Source: a virus (Duplodnaviria; Caudoviricetes). Taken from it: 64,000 nucleotides of DNA. The stretch lies in the IMG/VR virus record IMGVR_UViG_3300035676_000001; one strand, written 5' to 3'. Below, in pieces: positions 1 to 9,928 of the stretch. Made by a program: the position numbers and the translations under genes. The notes below the pieces were generated by a model. That model saw only the letters and a program-made list of their open reading frames with translations, did not search any database and had not been told where the DNA came from. How positions within the stretch are numbered: position 1 is the first letter of the stretch; the number at the start of each line of letters is the position of its first letter.

Positions 1-426
1 ACCACGACGAACATGAAGAAAAATTGGATTGTCCAGTTCAGATACAATCTCTTTACAAGGATTCAAAACCTCTTTCTTAAAGGTAAAGTCTTTACGAATA
101 GTATTACTTACATTCAAAAAGTATTTCTCAGACTGAAAGTAATCGTGAAGATTTACATTGTCGGGACATTTATCAAAGAACTCTTGACTGAAATGAAATT
201 GTCCAGTTTGAATACTCTGAGCATTTAAATACCCAAAGTTCTTTTCCTTGACTGAACTCATTTCAAAACAATCGAAGAGTCCATAGTTGGAATCCCCATA
301 ACTTTCTGGACGAGGAATTACCCAATCAAATCCACGATTGGCGGCAATTCCACGAAGACCAGCATACTGAAACATTTGGTTCCCTAAACGACCATTGGAA
401 CCTAGCCGATTATAACTTATAGTCAT
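1..426 (-). CDS. alpha-1,2-fucosyltransferase, GT11 family (runs off the left edge; not in the ORF track)
   Basis: Manual translation from ATG 426: MTISYNRLGSNGRLGNQMFQYAGLRGIA...FLHVRRG; GRLGNQMFQYA and HVRRG are GT11 motifs; ATGA overlap with the upstream gene. Confidence 0.88.
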   Translation of the reverse strand, partial: MTISYNRLGSNGRLGNQMFQYAGLRGIAANRGFDWVIPRPESYGDSNYGLFDCFEMSSVKEKNFGYLNAQSIQTGQFHFSQEFFDKCPDNVNLHDYFQSEKYFLNVSNTIRKDFTFKKEVLNPCKEIVSELDNPIFLHVRRG

Positions 427-1229
427 TTGTTAAAATAATTCAGATAGATAAAGTCTTCAAGAATCTCATATTGTTTTACTCTCTCAAGATTGTCTTTGAC
501 TGCATCGATTTTACTAAAGTAGATTTCTTCAGATACATCAAACTCTTCACTCAAGTCAATAATTCCATCCTTGTTGAAGTATTTACCAATATCAGGAGAA
601 CCCATATAAACTGGAATAGTACCAGTAGCAAAACAATCAAGAATCTTCTCTGTAAAATATGATTCGTAGAATCCATTTTCAATAACTACAGAAAACATGT
701 AATCACACAAACCTTCTTCCTTCAGGGCAATCTCATTGAATCCACGACCATAAAGATCAATTTGGTCTCCAATCATTTCAACCCAACGAAGACGAAGACG
801 CTGCCCTTCAGTCATTGTCTTATTTGATGAAATCATAGAAATCATCTTTGTCTTCTCATAAATCTCTGGTTCTTGAATCCAAAACCCTTGAGCGGGGCAC
901 CACTTGAACTTAGAGTCAAGAGTAAGTAATTCTTGACTATGAGTAAAAATAGTTTCAAAAGTATCAAGATATTGTTGGAGGTTTCTTTTCACATCTTCAA
1001 CAATACCAGGTTTAATATATTTGGATTCCAAAATCCAAGCATACTTTTTTCCTTCAATATTATCAGTGAAAGCACGAGCAATCGTATCATCAACATAAAA
1101 GGTTTCACCAATAGAATTATCGTGAATCCATTCAATATATTTTGATTCCTTTCCGTGTACAGAATACCCCTTATTTCCTCCAGTGAGGTGAGTGAAGGTA
1201 TCTCCAACTAAATTGAACTTTTTTTTCAT
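423..1229 (-). CDS. GT10-family (alpha-1,3/4-fucosyltransferase-like) glycosyltransferase
   Basis: FSVVIEN..YESYFTEKILDCFATGTIPVYMG matches the GT10 C-terminal motif. Confidence 0.75.
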   Translation of the reverse strand: MKKKFNLVGDTFTHLTGGNKGYSVHGKESKYIEWIHDNSIGETFYVDDTIARAFTDNIEGKKYAWILESKYIKPGIVEDVKRNLQQYLDTFETIFTHSQELLTLDSKFKWCPAQGFWIQEPEIYEKTKMISMISSNKTMTEGQRLRLRWVEMIGDQIDLYGRGFNEIALKEEGLCDYMFSVVIENGFYESYFTEKILDCFATGTIPVYMGSPDIGKYFNKDGIIDLSEEFDVSEEIYFSKIDAVKDNLERVKQYEILEDFIYLNYFNK

Positions 1230-1268
1230 AGGTGATATAATATATAAATCTGATGTTGAATTAAAAAA

Positions 1269-1949
1269 ATGCGAGTCATATCCTTTTCATTATACGGCAA
1301 TAATCCAAAATACACAATAGGTGCGATCAGAAACTCAGAATTAAAACAATTATTCTTTCCCGATTGGGAAATGAGAGTTTATCACAATGACTCCGTACCA
1401 AATTATGTATTAGATGAACTGGATGGAAAAGGAGTTGTTCTAGTTAATACCGGAGTTGATCAGGGAGTATGCAACGCTATGTGGCGTTTTGCTCCAGCAT
1501 CAGAAAAAGTAGAATGCTTCATTTCAAGAGATTGTGATTCCCGTCTCTCTGAGCGCGATGCTGTAGCAGTAGAAGAATGGTTAGAATCTGGAAAATGTTT
1601 TCATATTATTCGGGACCATCCTGGTGGTCACGCTTGGGAAATTAATGCTGGTATGTGGGGAGCAAGAGGATGTTTTGTCGAAAATATTCAGGAGAAAATT
1701 GATGAATACATCAGAACCAGTTCTTGGGTAACAGATAGAGCAGTGGATCAAAGATTCTTACAAGAAATCATTTATCCTAGAGCTCTTGAGAGTTTATTCC
1801 TTCACGATGAATATTTTAATTATGAAGGTATTGGTGTCGCTATTAAGAGAGACCGCCAATTAGATGACTTTGCTTTTATTGGAGAACCTTTTGACGAAAA
1901 TGATAATCAGTTAGAAGATCACAGAGCGATGATTATTCAAAGATATTGA
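1269..1949 (+). CDS. conserved hypothetical, glycosyltransferase-like; opposite strand to its neighbours
   Basis: 226 aa; ISFSLYG, FISRDCDSR (DxD-like), IIRDHP, AGMWG and DQxFL motifs. Confidence 0.55.
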   Translation: MRVISFSLYGNNPKYTIGAIRNSELKQLFFPDWEMRVYHNDSVPNYVLDELDGKGVVLVNTGVDQGVCNAMWRFAPASEKVECFISRDCDSRLSERDAVAVEEWLESGKCFHIIRDHPGGHAWEINAGMWGARGCFVENIQEKIDEYIRTSSWVTDRAVDQRFLQEIIYPRALESLFLHDEYFNYEGIGVAIKRDRQLDDFAFIGEPFDENDNQLEDHRAMIIQRY

Positions 1950-2644
1950 AGACTTTCTGGAAGAATCTTCTGCTTATAGAGTGAAAGATTCTTCTCATAG
2001 ATTGCTTGATCTTCAGGATAAGGTGTTGCTACCTTATCTGCTGGAAGAGAACAAACTTTAATGTGTCTAAGGTCTTTTACCTTATACCCAAAGGACCAAG
2101 CACGATACGCCATATCAGCATCAGCATAATAGTATCGATAATCGGGATTGTACATTCCAATCTCTCTGAAAATCTTTTTGCGATAGAGACCATAATTCAT
2201 TACAATCTCTCCACCAGAATCAGCAATATTACACAAACACCAACCTTCCGTATGGTCTCTTCCTTTTAACCAATCCGGATTTTTAGTGTCTTCATAAGTT
2301 CCATACTTCCAATTAAAAAGATAAAAGTCGTGATTTGATTGAAGTTCTAGAAATACTTCAGACCAATCATTACACAAAAATACATCATCGTTCCACTGAC
2401 AAATAACTTCGTGAGTTGCTTCTTGAATGCCCAGATTCATAAAGTGGGGATAAGAGCTACGACCACCAACCTCAATTAGTTTAATTCTAGGATGATTTAC
2501 ATCTTTAATAAGAGAGATAGTTCCATCAGTACTTCCACCATCAACCAATACAAGTTCCAATCTTTCATCAGCAAGAACAGTATTTGCGATTAAAGTCGGA
2601 AGCATTCCTGCACGATTTAAAGTACCAGTTACAATACTAATCAT
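1937..2644 (-). CDS. GT2-family glycosyltransferase
   Basis: ISIVTGTLNR, LVLVDGGSTDGT, WNDD and YADADM motifs; ATG at 2644 overlaps the upstream stop. Confidence 0.85.
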   Translation of the reverse strand: MISIVTGTLNRAGMLPTLIANTVLADERLELVLVDGGSTDGTISLIKDVNHPRIKLIEVGGRSSYPHFMNLGIQEATHEVICQWNDDVFLCNDWSEVFLELQSNHDFYLFNWKYGTYEDTKNPDWLKGRDHTEGWCLCNIADSGGEIVMNYGLYRKKIFREIGMYNPDYRYYYADADMAYRAWSFGYKVKDLRHIKVCSLPADKVATPYPEDQAIYEKNLSLYKQKILPESLQYL

Positions 2645-3321
2645 CACTCTACCTCAATAAATGAGTTCAGACCAGATGAATTCATTTCTGGTCCATAATT
2701 TCTTACATAGTTATGTTGATAAAGAACTGGTTTATCTAACTTATAAGAACAGATTAATTCTTTGAATGAAGACTGCATAAAATGAACTTCTTCTGCATTT
2801 TCAATCAGAGTCAGATAATCAAAAACATTAAATTGCTTATCGTTCATAATAATCTTATGCTCTGTTTGAATCTTACTCATATCAATTGAAAATCCACGAG
2901 CGGCATCATCGTGAACAAATACATAAGACTCACCATTTGGATTCAAGGTCTTCATTACCTCTTGCTCTTTTTCTAAATCTCTTTGAAGATAGAACTCATC
3001 AAATCGCACAGAAAAATCAAGTCCAGCAAGTTTGTAGAATGCCTTATCAAAAGGAAGTTCAGGCATCACACCACTCAAATCACTGAAACCAATTTTGATA
3101 CAATCCAGATTATTATTTGAAATGTATTGGTCTGCCTGAGGGTCACTTTCAATACCAATGACTTGAAACTTTTCTAAGTCACGATACATATACTGCACAT
3201 TTTTTACATTATGCTTATAGGCAAATAAAGTCAATGCACCATATTCATTGTAAAAATGACGCACCATACCATTATTAATGATATGGTCCCCAAGACCTAA
3301 GTGGTGATAAATGTATTTCAT
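2644..3321 (-). CDS. hypothetical glycan-modification protein (GT-B-like)
   Basis: 225 aa; HHLGLGDHI N-terminus, VFVHDD, SSF; translationally coupled within the glycan island. Confidence 0.5.
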   Translation of the reverse strand: MKYIYHHLGLGDHIINNGMVRHFYNEYGALTLFAYKHNVKNVQYMYRDLEKFQVIGIESDPQADQYISNNNLDCIKIGFSDLSGVMPELPFDKAFYKLAGLDFSVRFDEFYLQRDLEKEQEVMKTLNPNGESYVFVHDDAARGFSIDMSKIQTEHKIIMNDKQFNVFDYLTLIENAEEVHFMQSSFKELICSYKLDKPVLYQHNYVRNYGPEMNSSGLNSFIEVE

Positions 3322-4088
3322 TGATTCAAATTCATTATTGTTTTAAAATCATTTGCTCCTAATATTAGCGCAAGGAAGCTAACATTTGAGAAACTATACA
3401 AAAAGTGACTACACCTTGAAAGAATATAAACGCTCGATAATACTTCTTCATTTATTCGGTCCCTATCTGGTAAATTATGTAATGGGGTATCATCAGAACT
3501 GATTAAAAGTGACTTATCATATACAAGCAAGTCACCATATTTTTCGCTAAGTGAATTCAAGTATTTGATATCATCGGTCGCTAAAAATATATTTTGAACA
3601 TCTGTCGTTTCAAAGTAATAATCAATCTTTTTAATTATATTATCTATACTTGGTTCAGGTATCTCATTTTTCTTATCGGTTCCACGAATCTGAACTGCAA
3701 GAGTTTTATCAGTAACATTGAGTTGTGAATATTTTTCTTCAAACTTTTTAAGTTTATCGGGTTTGATTTTTAAAATAGAGTTTAATACTTTGTTTTTAAG
3801 TTTTATATCTTCAAGGTTTGCAATCGTATGAGCATTATATTTTGAATGGTGAAGTTGATGTTGAAAGAATCTATCTAACCACCAAGACCCCGAATCATAT
3901 TCATTATCACCATCCTCATAAACATTATCAAATAGTTTAAGAGTTTGTGATTCAAAAACAGAACAGTTTAAATTATCATAAACTTCATAATGTTCAAGTG
4001 CTATATCAATTATAGCACAGACAATCGAACAGAATCCTTTATAAGAGTAATTAAATCTTGAATCTTTGAGTGTGATGCAAGCATTCAT
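3318..4088 (-). CDS. NodZ/O-fucosyltransferase-like (GT23/GT68-type) glycosyltransferase
   Basis: LAVQIRGTDK, IFLATDD and ILSRCSHFLYSFSNVS match the fucosyltransferase motifs I-III pattern. Confidence 0.65.
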   Translation of the reverse strand: MNACITLKDSRFNYSYKGFCSIVCAIIDIALEHYEVYDNLNCSVFESQTLKLFDNVYEDGDNEYDSGSWWLDRFFQHQLHHSKYNAHTIANLEDIKLKNKVLNSILKIKPDKLKKFEEKYSQLNVTDKTLAVQIRGTDKKNEIPEPSIDNIIKKIDYYFETTDVQNIFLATDDIKYLNSLSEKYGDLLVYDKSLLISSDDTPLHNLPDRDRINEEVLSSVYILSRCSHFLYSFSNVSFLALILGANDFKTIMNLNQ

Positions 4089-4426
4089 AGTCCTTTATCT
4101 CTGATTAAATTATAGGCATATGCGGTTTTAAGACCACTTGGTTTCTCATCATTGAATAATATTCTTTCACCTATAGGTAAATCATAAATGATATAATCAA
4201 AACGAATTTTATTTTGAATTAGAAACTCCTCAGTCTCTTGCTTAGATTCAGAAGAGCGGGCAGTCAAAATAATAATTTTGTCGTCTTCCGAAATAGTGTT
4301 AAAGAACTCAATAACTCCTGGTAACAATACATCACCACCATTCTTATATCCATTATGTTTGACTAGTGTTCCATCCAAATCAAACAACCAAGTTTTGGTT
4401 AAATCAGAGTAATTGCTTCTGTCCAT
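4085..4426 (-). CDS. small HAD-superfamily phosphatase
   Basis: WLFDLDGTL motif I, LTAR motif II, ND.K. Confidence 0.75.
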   Translation of the reverse strand: MDRSNYSDLTKTWLFDLDGTLVKHNGYKNGGDVLLPGVIEFFNTISEDDKIIILTARSSESKQETEEFLIQNKIRFDYIIYDLPIGERILFNDEKPSGLKTAYAYNLIRDKGL

Positions 4427-5922
4427 AATTCACAACCTTTGTAGAATGAGTATAATACTGCGTCAATATCTTCCTTCACATAACCAGACAGAGAGAACCA
4501 AATACTTGCATGAATAAGATTCATTTCAACTTCAGTCATTTTTGACCTTTGAAGAATGTACTTACCAAGATGTTGATATCCATTGGATTTGATTTCCAAC
4601 TTAATGCCTTGAGTTCGGTCTACACTAAACTCCTTGGAGTTTATTCTATCATAGTTTCCTACTGCAGAATAGTATAACTTAGCCCAATCATATCTTGGGT
4701 CACCGTAAATATTAGAACCACCAAAAGTTCCTCTTGGGTCGATAAACCAGATTTGATTTTTATCATCAACTATAGTATTACTAAAGGTACAGTCTCCGTG
4801 AATGATTGTATATTTGATATCTTTAAGTATATGTTTCTCCATAATCTCTTCAAAACTTCTCATATCACAAAAAGGATTGCGACAAGACTTTCCATTAATT
4901 TGAAGAACTGGTTTTGAAAAATCTTCAATAATATGACGAACCTGCATTACCCTCTGATAGGGTTTAAACATATAAGTATCGGCACAATCATAATCACTAA
5001 GTGGTTCGCAACCATTGATAGAATGTAATTGTTGAAGAGCATCACAATAGTTTTCAATCACCCAATCTTTATTTGTTTTTACATTCCAAGCGTGGTTTCC
5101 TTCAACCTTAGACATCACCAAAGGTTCGGTAGAATAAATCTTAGGTATTCTGTAGAAATCATCCTTCACATAAGCATACCAATTCTTTTCTGCTTGATGA
5201 ACTTTATCATATTTGGAATCGATGCATCTCTTATAAACTTTATCTCCTTCAATCTTAACTTCATTAAAGAAACGATGATTAACTGCTTGACTGAGAAGTT
5301 CTTCATACTTTTCTATTGTACCAACCTCAAAGCAATTATGATTGGTAAAAGAAGTAATCTCGTAAGGTAGATAATTATCAGACAAAAATCCCCTCACTAA
5401 GGACTTATCAGTTTTTAAATCTACAAATCTTTCTTTATTTTTAAAGGCAAAGAATCCAGAAACTCCCTTTTCTTGAGAAGGAATATTTTTGAATGTACCA
5501 TTCTCTAGGGACCAACGACAATCAAAGTTTCCAGCCAGACCCACCAACATTTCAGTATCAAACTCAAACTCCTGCTCCTTCTCAAAGAACAAATCAGACC
5601 AGGTGACGATAAATGGTTCACCATCTGGAACATTTTGAAGTGCTGCTTGAATACCTGCACCCGTACCATCTTCGTCTGTCTGAAGAAGAATGTAATTATC
5701 AAAACTAGTAATCTCACAAATATAATGCAGAAGCATCTTAAAGTGAGCATCTCCTATAATAATTACAGTCTTATCTCGATAGATATCCAGAGTCTGCTCA
5801 ATCATGGGTCGTCCCTTAACTGGAACTAAACACTTTGGACGATTGAGTGTATATTTTCCAAGGCGAGTACCTTTACCACCAGCTTGGACAATCACATACT
5901 TAATGTCTTTATGAGTAATCAT
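4399..5922 (-). CDS. bifunctional sugar nucleotidyltransferase / APH-choline-kinase-like phosphotransferase
   Basis: N-terminal QAGGKGTRL..PKCL nucleotidyltransferase; C-terminal HGDCTFSN and FIDPRG kinase motifs. Confidence 0.75.
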   Translation of the reverse strand: MITHKDIKYVIVQAGGKGTRLGKYTLNRPKCLVPVKGRPMIEQTLDIYRDKTVIIIGDAHFKMLLHYICEITSFDNYILLQTDEDGTGAGIQAALQNVPDGEPFIVTWSDLFFEKEQEFEFDTEMLVGLAGNFDCRWSLENGTFKNIPSQEKGVSGFFAFKNKERFVDLKTDKSLVRGFLSDNYLPYEITSFTNHNCFEVGTIEKYEELLSQAVNHRFFNEVKIEGDKVYKRCIDSKYDKVHQAEKNWYAYVKDDFYRIPKIYSTEPLVMSKVEGNHAWNVKTNKDWVIENYCDALQQLHSINGCEPLSDYDCADTYMFKPYQRVMQVRHIIEDFSKPVLQINGKSCRNPFCDMRSFEEIMEKHILKDIKYTIIHGDCTFSNTIVDDKNQIWFIDPRGTFGGSNIYGDPRYDWAKLYYSAVGNYDRINSKEFSVDRTQGIKLEIKSNGYQHLGKYILQRSKMTEVEMNLIHASIWFSLSGYVKEDIDAVLYSFYKGCELWTEAITLI

Positions 5923-6494
5923 ATAATTGTCTTTCCGATACTACCGCCTGGGTGATTGCGAACAAACTCTTGAAGTGTAAGATTTTTTTGTCTTGCTATC
6001 TCACAAGCAATCGATTGAAGAAATATTGTAAAGATAGCAATTGAAGAAGTTGGAACAATATTTAAATGATCCGCTTCTTTACTTACATGAAGGTTAATAT
6101 CCAGATAAGAATACTTTTGAGATTGATTTCCGCTGTTAGAATGAATGGAAACAATCTTACAATTCTTATGATTAACATGATGTAAGAAATTAATTAACTC
6201 ATCGGTGTTTCCACTTTTAGATACAGCAATTAGGAGGTCATTCTCATCAATGACTCCCATATCTCCATGAACGCTATCTACAGCATCAATAAAGAAGCAA
6301 GGAACTCCAATTGAAGACATTGTAGAAGTTGCCTTAGCAGCAACATGTCCATTTTTACCGATACCAGTAAAAAGAACTTTACCTTTACAATTTAAGATTA
6401 GATTTACAAGTTCTTCTACTTTATCTTCCTCTAAGTGGTCAAAGGAATCTACAATTGCTTCAATATGAGATTTATAAAAATTACTTACCGACAT
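5919..6494 (-). CDS. SIS-domain sugar-phosphate isomerase (KpsF/GutQ, arabinose-5-phosphate isomerase-like, no CBS domains)
   Basis: FTGIGKNGHVA, HGDMG, SKSGNTDEL, PTSS and NHPGGSIG; start refined to ATG 6494. Confidence 0.85.
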   Translation of the reverse strand: MSVSNFYKSHIEAIVDSFDHLEEDKVEELVNLILNCKGKVLFTGIGKNGHVAAKATSTMSSIGVPCFFIDAVDSVHGDMGVIDENDLLIAVSKSGNTDELINFLHHVNHKNCKIVSIHSNSGNQSQKYSYLDINLHVSKEADHLNIVPTSSIAIFTIFLQSIACEIARQKNLTLQEFVRNHPGGSIGKTII

Positions 6495-7416
6495 TCTCTT
6501 TATACCACTTATAAGTTTCCTCAATACCTTCGCGGAGACCAATCTTTGGTTCCCATCCCAGAGATTTAATTTTATCTACATTCAGAACTTTTCGTGGAGT
6601 ACCATTTGGTTTTGTAGTGTCCCAATTAATATTACGAGTATATCCAGTAACATCAGCAATGGTTTCTGCAAGTTCCTTAATCGTCACATCCTCACCAGTA
6701 CCGACATTGATATGTTCTGCTTCATTATAGACCTGCATACAAGTATAACACGCCTCTGCAAGGTCATCAACATGCAAAAACTCTCTCATCGCAGATCCAT
6801 CGCCCCAGAGTTTAACCTCATAATACTCACTATGATTAAGAGTACCGTAAAACTTGGCAATCATAGCAGGGAGAACATGTGATGTTTCCAAATCAAAATT
6901 GTCGTTAGGACCATAAAGATTTGTAGGCATCAAAGATATTGCATTAAATCCATACTGTTGACGATATGCCTGACACAACATAATCCCAGCAATCTTTGCA
7001 ATCGCATAAGCATCATTTGTTGGTTCCAGAGGACCTGTCATCAACTGGTCTTCGGTGATAGGTTGAGTTGCAAACTTAGGATAGATGCAGGAAGAACCAA
7101 GAAACAGGAGTTTCTTCACACCAAAATTATAAGACTGTTGAATGATGTTCGTTTGGATTTGAAGATTCTCAGTGAGAAACTCTGCCTTGTAGTTACTGTT
7201 TGCCATAATACCACCAACTTTAGCAGCAGCAACAAAAACATACTCAGGTTCTTCTGAGCAAAAATATCTTTCTACTTCTTCCTGATTTGTAAAATCTACA
7301 TCTTGACGAGTTCCTTTAATGATATTTGTATATCCTTTCTCTTCAAGATTTCTAACAATTGCTGAACCAACCATTCCGTTAGCACCAGCAACTAATACTC
7401 TAGAATCACTGTCCAT
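6481..7416 (-). CDS. fcl: GDP-L-fucose synthase
   Basis: [47 protein letters not shown] and REFLHVDD; start ATG 7416. Confidence 0.95.
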   Translation of the reverse strand: MDSDSRVLVAGANGMVGSAIVRNLEEKGYTNIIKGTRQDVDFTNQEEVERYFCSEEPEYVFVAAAKVGGIMANSNYKAEFLTENLQIQTNIIQQSYNFGVKKLLFLGSSCIYPKFATQPITEDQLMTGPLEPTNDAYAIAKIAGIMLCQAYRQQYGFNAISLMPTNLYGPNDNFDLETSHVLPAMIAKFYGTLNHSEYYEVKLWGDGSAMREFLHVDDLAEACYTCMQVYNEAEHINVGTGEDVTIKELAETIADVTGYTRNINWDTTKPNGTPRKVLNVDKIKSLGWEPKIGLREGIEETYKWYKENVGK

Positions 7417-8407
7417 AAATGCACATATCCTCAACTAATTGTTTAAAAGAAGTCTTAGGTTCCCAACCTAGTTTTTCCTTTGCCTTAGTGGCATCACCTA
7501 ATAAAGTCTCTACTTCAGCAGGTCGAAAATATTTAGGGTTTACCTTAATAACGGTTCTACCAGTATTTTTATCAATACCAATCTCATCTAGCCCTTCACC
7601 TTCCCATACAATATTCATATTAAAATAAGGTGCTGCTTCCTCTACAAACTCACGAACAGAATACTGAACACCAGTAGCAATTACATAATCTTCTGGTTCG
7701 TCTTGTTGAAGCATCAACCACATTGCTTCTACAAAGTCTTTGGCGTGTCCCCAATCACGCTTTGCATTTAGATTACCAAGCTCAAGAACATCTTGAAGAC
7801 CACAAGAAATGCGTGAAAGACCTCTTGTAATTTTGCGAGTTACAAAAGTTTCTCCTCGTCTTGGAGATTCATGATTAAACAGAATACCTGTGCAAGCATA
7901 CATTCCATAGGATTCACGATAGTTCTTTGTAATCCAATAACCATAAATCTTTGCTACACCATAAGGAGAACGGGGATAAAAAGGAGTAGTTTCACGCTGA
8001 GGAATTTCTTGAACCAAACCATAAAGTTCGCTAGTAGACGCCTGGTAGATGCGTACACGGTCTTCCAGACCCAAGAGACGCACTGCTTCAAGAACACGAA
8101 GAGTTCCCACAGCATCGACATCAGCAGTGTATTCAGGCATCTCAAAGGATACCTTAACATGACTTTGAGCACCAAGATTATAAATTTCATCTGGTTGGAC
8201 TTTTTGTATAACTCTGACTATATTAGTCGAGTCTGTTAAATCTCCGTAATGTAACTTAATATTTTGATACAAATGGTCAATTCTATCAGTATTAATTGAT
8301 GAAGAGCGACGAATAATGCCGTGAACTTCATAACCTTTTTCTAAAAGAAGTTCAGCAAGATAAGAACCATCTTGACCCGTAATACCAGTAATTAGTGCTC
8401 TTTTCAT
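7406..8407 (-). CDS. gmd: GDP-mannose 4,6-dehydratase
   Basis: [41 protein letters not shown] and [16 protein letters not shown]; start ATG 8407. Confidence 0.97.
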   Translation of the reverse strand: MKRALITGITGQDGSYLAELLLEKGYEVHGIIRRSSSINTDRIDHLYQNIKLHYGDLTDSTNIVRVIQKVQPDEIYNLGAQSHVKVSFEMPEYTADVDAVGTLRVLEAVRLLGLEDRVRIYQASTSELYGLVQEIPQRETTPFYPRSPYGVAKIYGYWITKNYRESYGMYACTGILFNHESPRRGETFVTRKITRGLSRISCGLQDVLELGNLNAKRDWGHAKDFVEAMWLMLQQDEPEDYVIATGVQYSVREFVEEAAPYFNMNIVWEGEGLDEIGIDKNTGRTVIKVNPKYFRPAEVETLLGDATKAKEKLGWEPKTSFKQLVEDMCIYGQ

Positions 8408-9228
8408 ACTTCGCAATTTGTAAAATCAATTTGACCATTTCTAGTAGCCCAGATTGGATACTCTCTACCATAAGTATTCCAGACTCTCGCTTGTTCTGAC
8501 CCTACAGGAACACCAGATAATCCAGCAGAATTCCAGATAGTTTCATAAGTATCATCTTCGTGAAATGTAAAGTCGTAACTTTCAGAATAAATTTTAAGAA
8601 TAAGAGAGAGAATAGATTGATCGTGCCTATTCTCTCTAAAGATAGAATCGTTAGGAAGTTCTGAAGGACTATCATCTAAGTAATGCCCATCATCTTCCAG
8701 ACAAATATTTTTCCATTTATCAACAATTTCTCTCATCAAAGAGTTATTCTTTATAAGAAAGATACCAGAAATAATCTGCCTGGTCATCAAATACTCATCG
8801 TTTTCGTCAATAATTCTACGATAGGTATCCATCTTTGTCCATTGGATTTCAGGAAGATCCAATGTAAAAAACACGCCGTTATTATCCAAACACTCCTGAT
8901 AATATTGTTGAAGTTTTTCTAATCCGTTCTTGTTAAGTTCGCATCCAGAATCGACATAAAGAAGGACATCATCTTCAGGAATATTGGAAAGTGCCTTACC
9001 AACAAAATAAGACTTAGCAGCATAATATCCATAATACTTGCTAGGCATTCCCACACGAGGAATCATTAGAAGCTTAGCGTGTTCTTCCCAAAATTCAGTT
9101 CCTTCTAAATCACTTTCACCGAACTCTTGAATAGATTTGAATACTCCAAAATTCTCTGCTTGTTTGCGTATCCTATTCTTACCAATAGAGAAGTTATTAT
9201 CTCCAAAATAAGTCAAGTGTATATTCAT
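8404..9228 (-). CDS. putative GT-A glycosyltransferase
   Basis: LLYVDSGC (DxG/DxD-like) and [12 protein letters not shown] motif; first gene of the glycan operon. Confidence 0.5.
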   Translation of the reverse strand: MNIHLTYFGDNNFSIGKNRIRKQAENFGVFKSIQEFGESDLEGTEFWEEHAKLLMIPRVGMPSKYYGYYAAKSYFVGKALSNIPEDDVLLYVDSGCELNKNGLEKLQQYYQECLDNNGVFFTLDLPEIQWTKMDTYRRIIDENDEYLMTRQIISGIFLIKNNSLMREIVDKWKNICLEDDGHYLDDSPSELPNDSIFRENRHDQSILSLILKIYSESYDFTFHEDDTYETIWNSAGLSGVPVGSEQARVWNTYGREYPIWATRNGQIDFTNCEV

Positions 9229-9250
9229 ACAATTAATTTAATATCAAGTC

Positions 9251-9285
9251 ATTATACCAAAAAAGGAGAGTTTATGCAACTCTCC
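9251..9285 (-). terminator. intrinsic terminator with an overlapping sigma70-type promoter for the glycan operon
   Basis: GGGAGAGTT-GCATA-AACTCTCC followed by a T run; TTGCAT (9274-9279)-17 nt-TATAAT (9251-9256). Confidence 0.7.
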
Positions 9286-9294
9286 CATCAGGTC

Positions 9295-9438
9295 TTTCAT
9301 GCACGCCACCAATTCTTTGGCTGGAAATTGGAAACCAGGCGGGAGAGAGTCCCATCCGCACCACTTACTTTTGAGAAAAGCAAGAAAACAATAGGGTCAT
9401 ATTTGACTCCACCACTTGATTTTAATAAACCAAGAAAA
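9295..9438 (-). ncRNA. cyanophage structured RNA, manA/wcaG-motif-like
   Basis: Three tandem TTT-[hairpin]-TGG units, GGTGCGGATGGG..CCCGCC core, CTGG/CCAG pseudoknot potential; upstream of gmd/fcl. Family assignment is from memory and needs Infernal. Confidence 0.6.
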
Positions 9439-9649
9439 GTTGGGTTAGTTTTGAAATCTCAGTAAAGGTAAAGAATGCACATAAGAATAGCACATCCCAT
9501 AATTTTAACTTGATTGCAAAAGGTACTGTAAGTAATCCTCCAATACATTTTATAAGTAACCCATTTTTAAAATCTCCCCACAACATAATTTGATAACCAA
9601 TTATGAGAAAGAGATTTCCAAGATATCGTAAGATACTTGTGTTAGACAT
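9422..9649 (-). CDS. small membrane protein
   Basis: 75 aa, hydrophobic; the last codons overlap the first RNA hairpin. Confidence 0.6.
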   Translation of the reverse strand: MSNTSILRYLGNLFLIIGYQIMLWGDFKNGLLIKCIGGLLTVPFAIKLKLWDVLFLCAFFTFTEISKLTQLFLVY

Positions 9650-9694
9650 AAGGGGTTTGCTCCCGACCAGTGCGCTTTTATAGTCATCCCGAGA

Positions 9695-9928
9695 CTAATC
9701 ATCGTCTCTCACATAACAAGGAACTCTATCTGAATCAAGCCAACGAGCATAGTCGATGTCTTCCATTGCTAGAGAACATTGCATTACATTATCAAAGAGA
9801 TAAATGTCGTTCCAGCGTTTCGTATAATAATTTTGTTTTTGCATACGATAATCTGGTTTTCCATTTATTTCAAGGATACCTGCCTCAATGAAGCGGTATC
9901 CTTCGCGTTCAAGAAGAACTTTTGTCAT
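9695..9928 (-). CDS. hypothetical protein
   Basis: 77 aa ORF, coupled to the upstream ORF. Confidence 0.65.
   Translation of the reverse strand: MTKVLLEREGYRFIEAGILEINGKPDYRMQKQNYYTKRWNDIYLFDNVMQCSLAMEDIDYARWLDSDRVPCYVRDDD

Noticed and set aside
5919-6494. Complete KDO (LPS core) pathway
   Set aside because: Only the KpsF-like isomerase is present; no KdsA, KdsB or WaaA in the window
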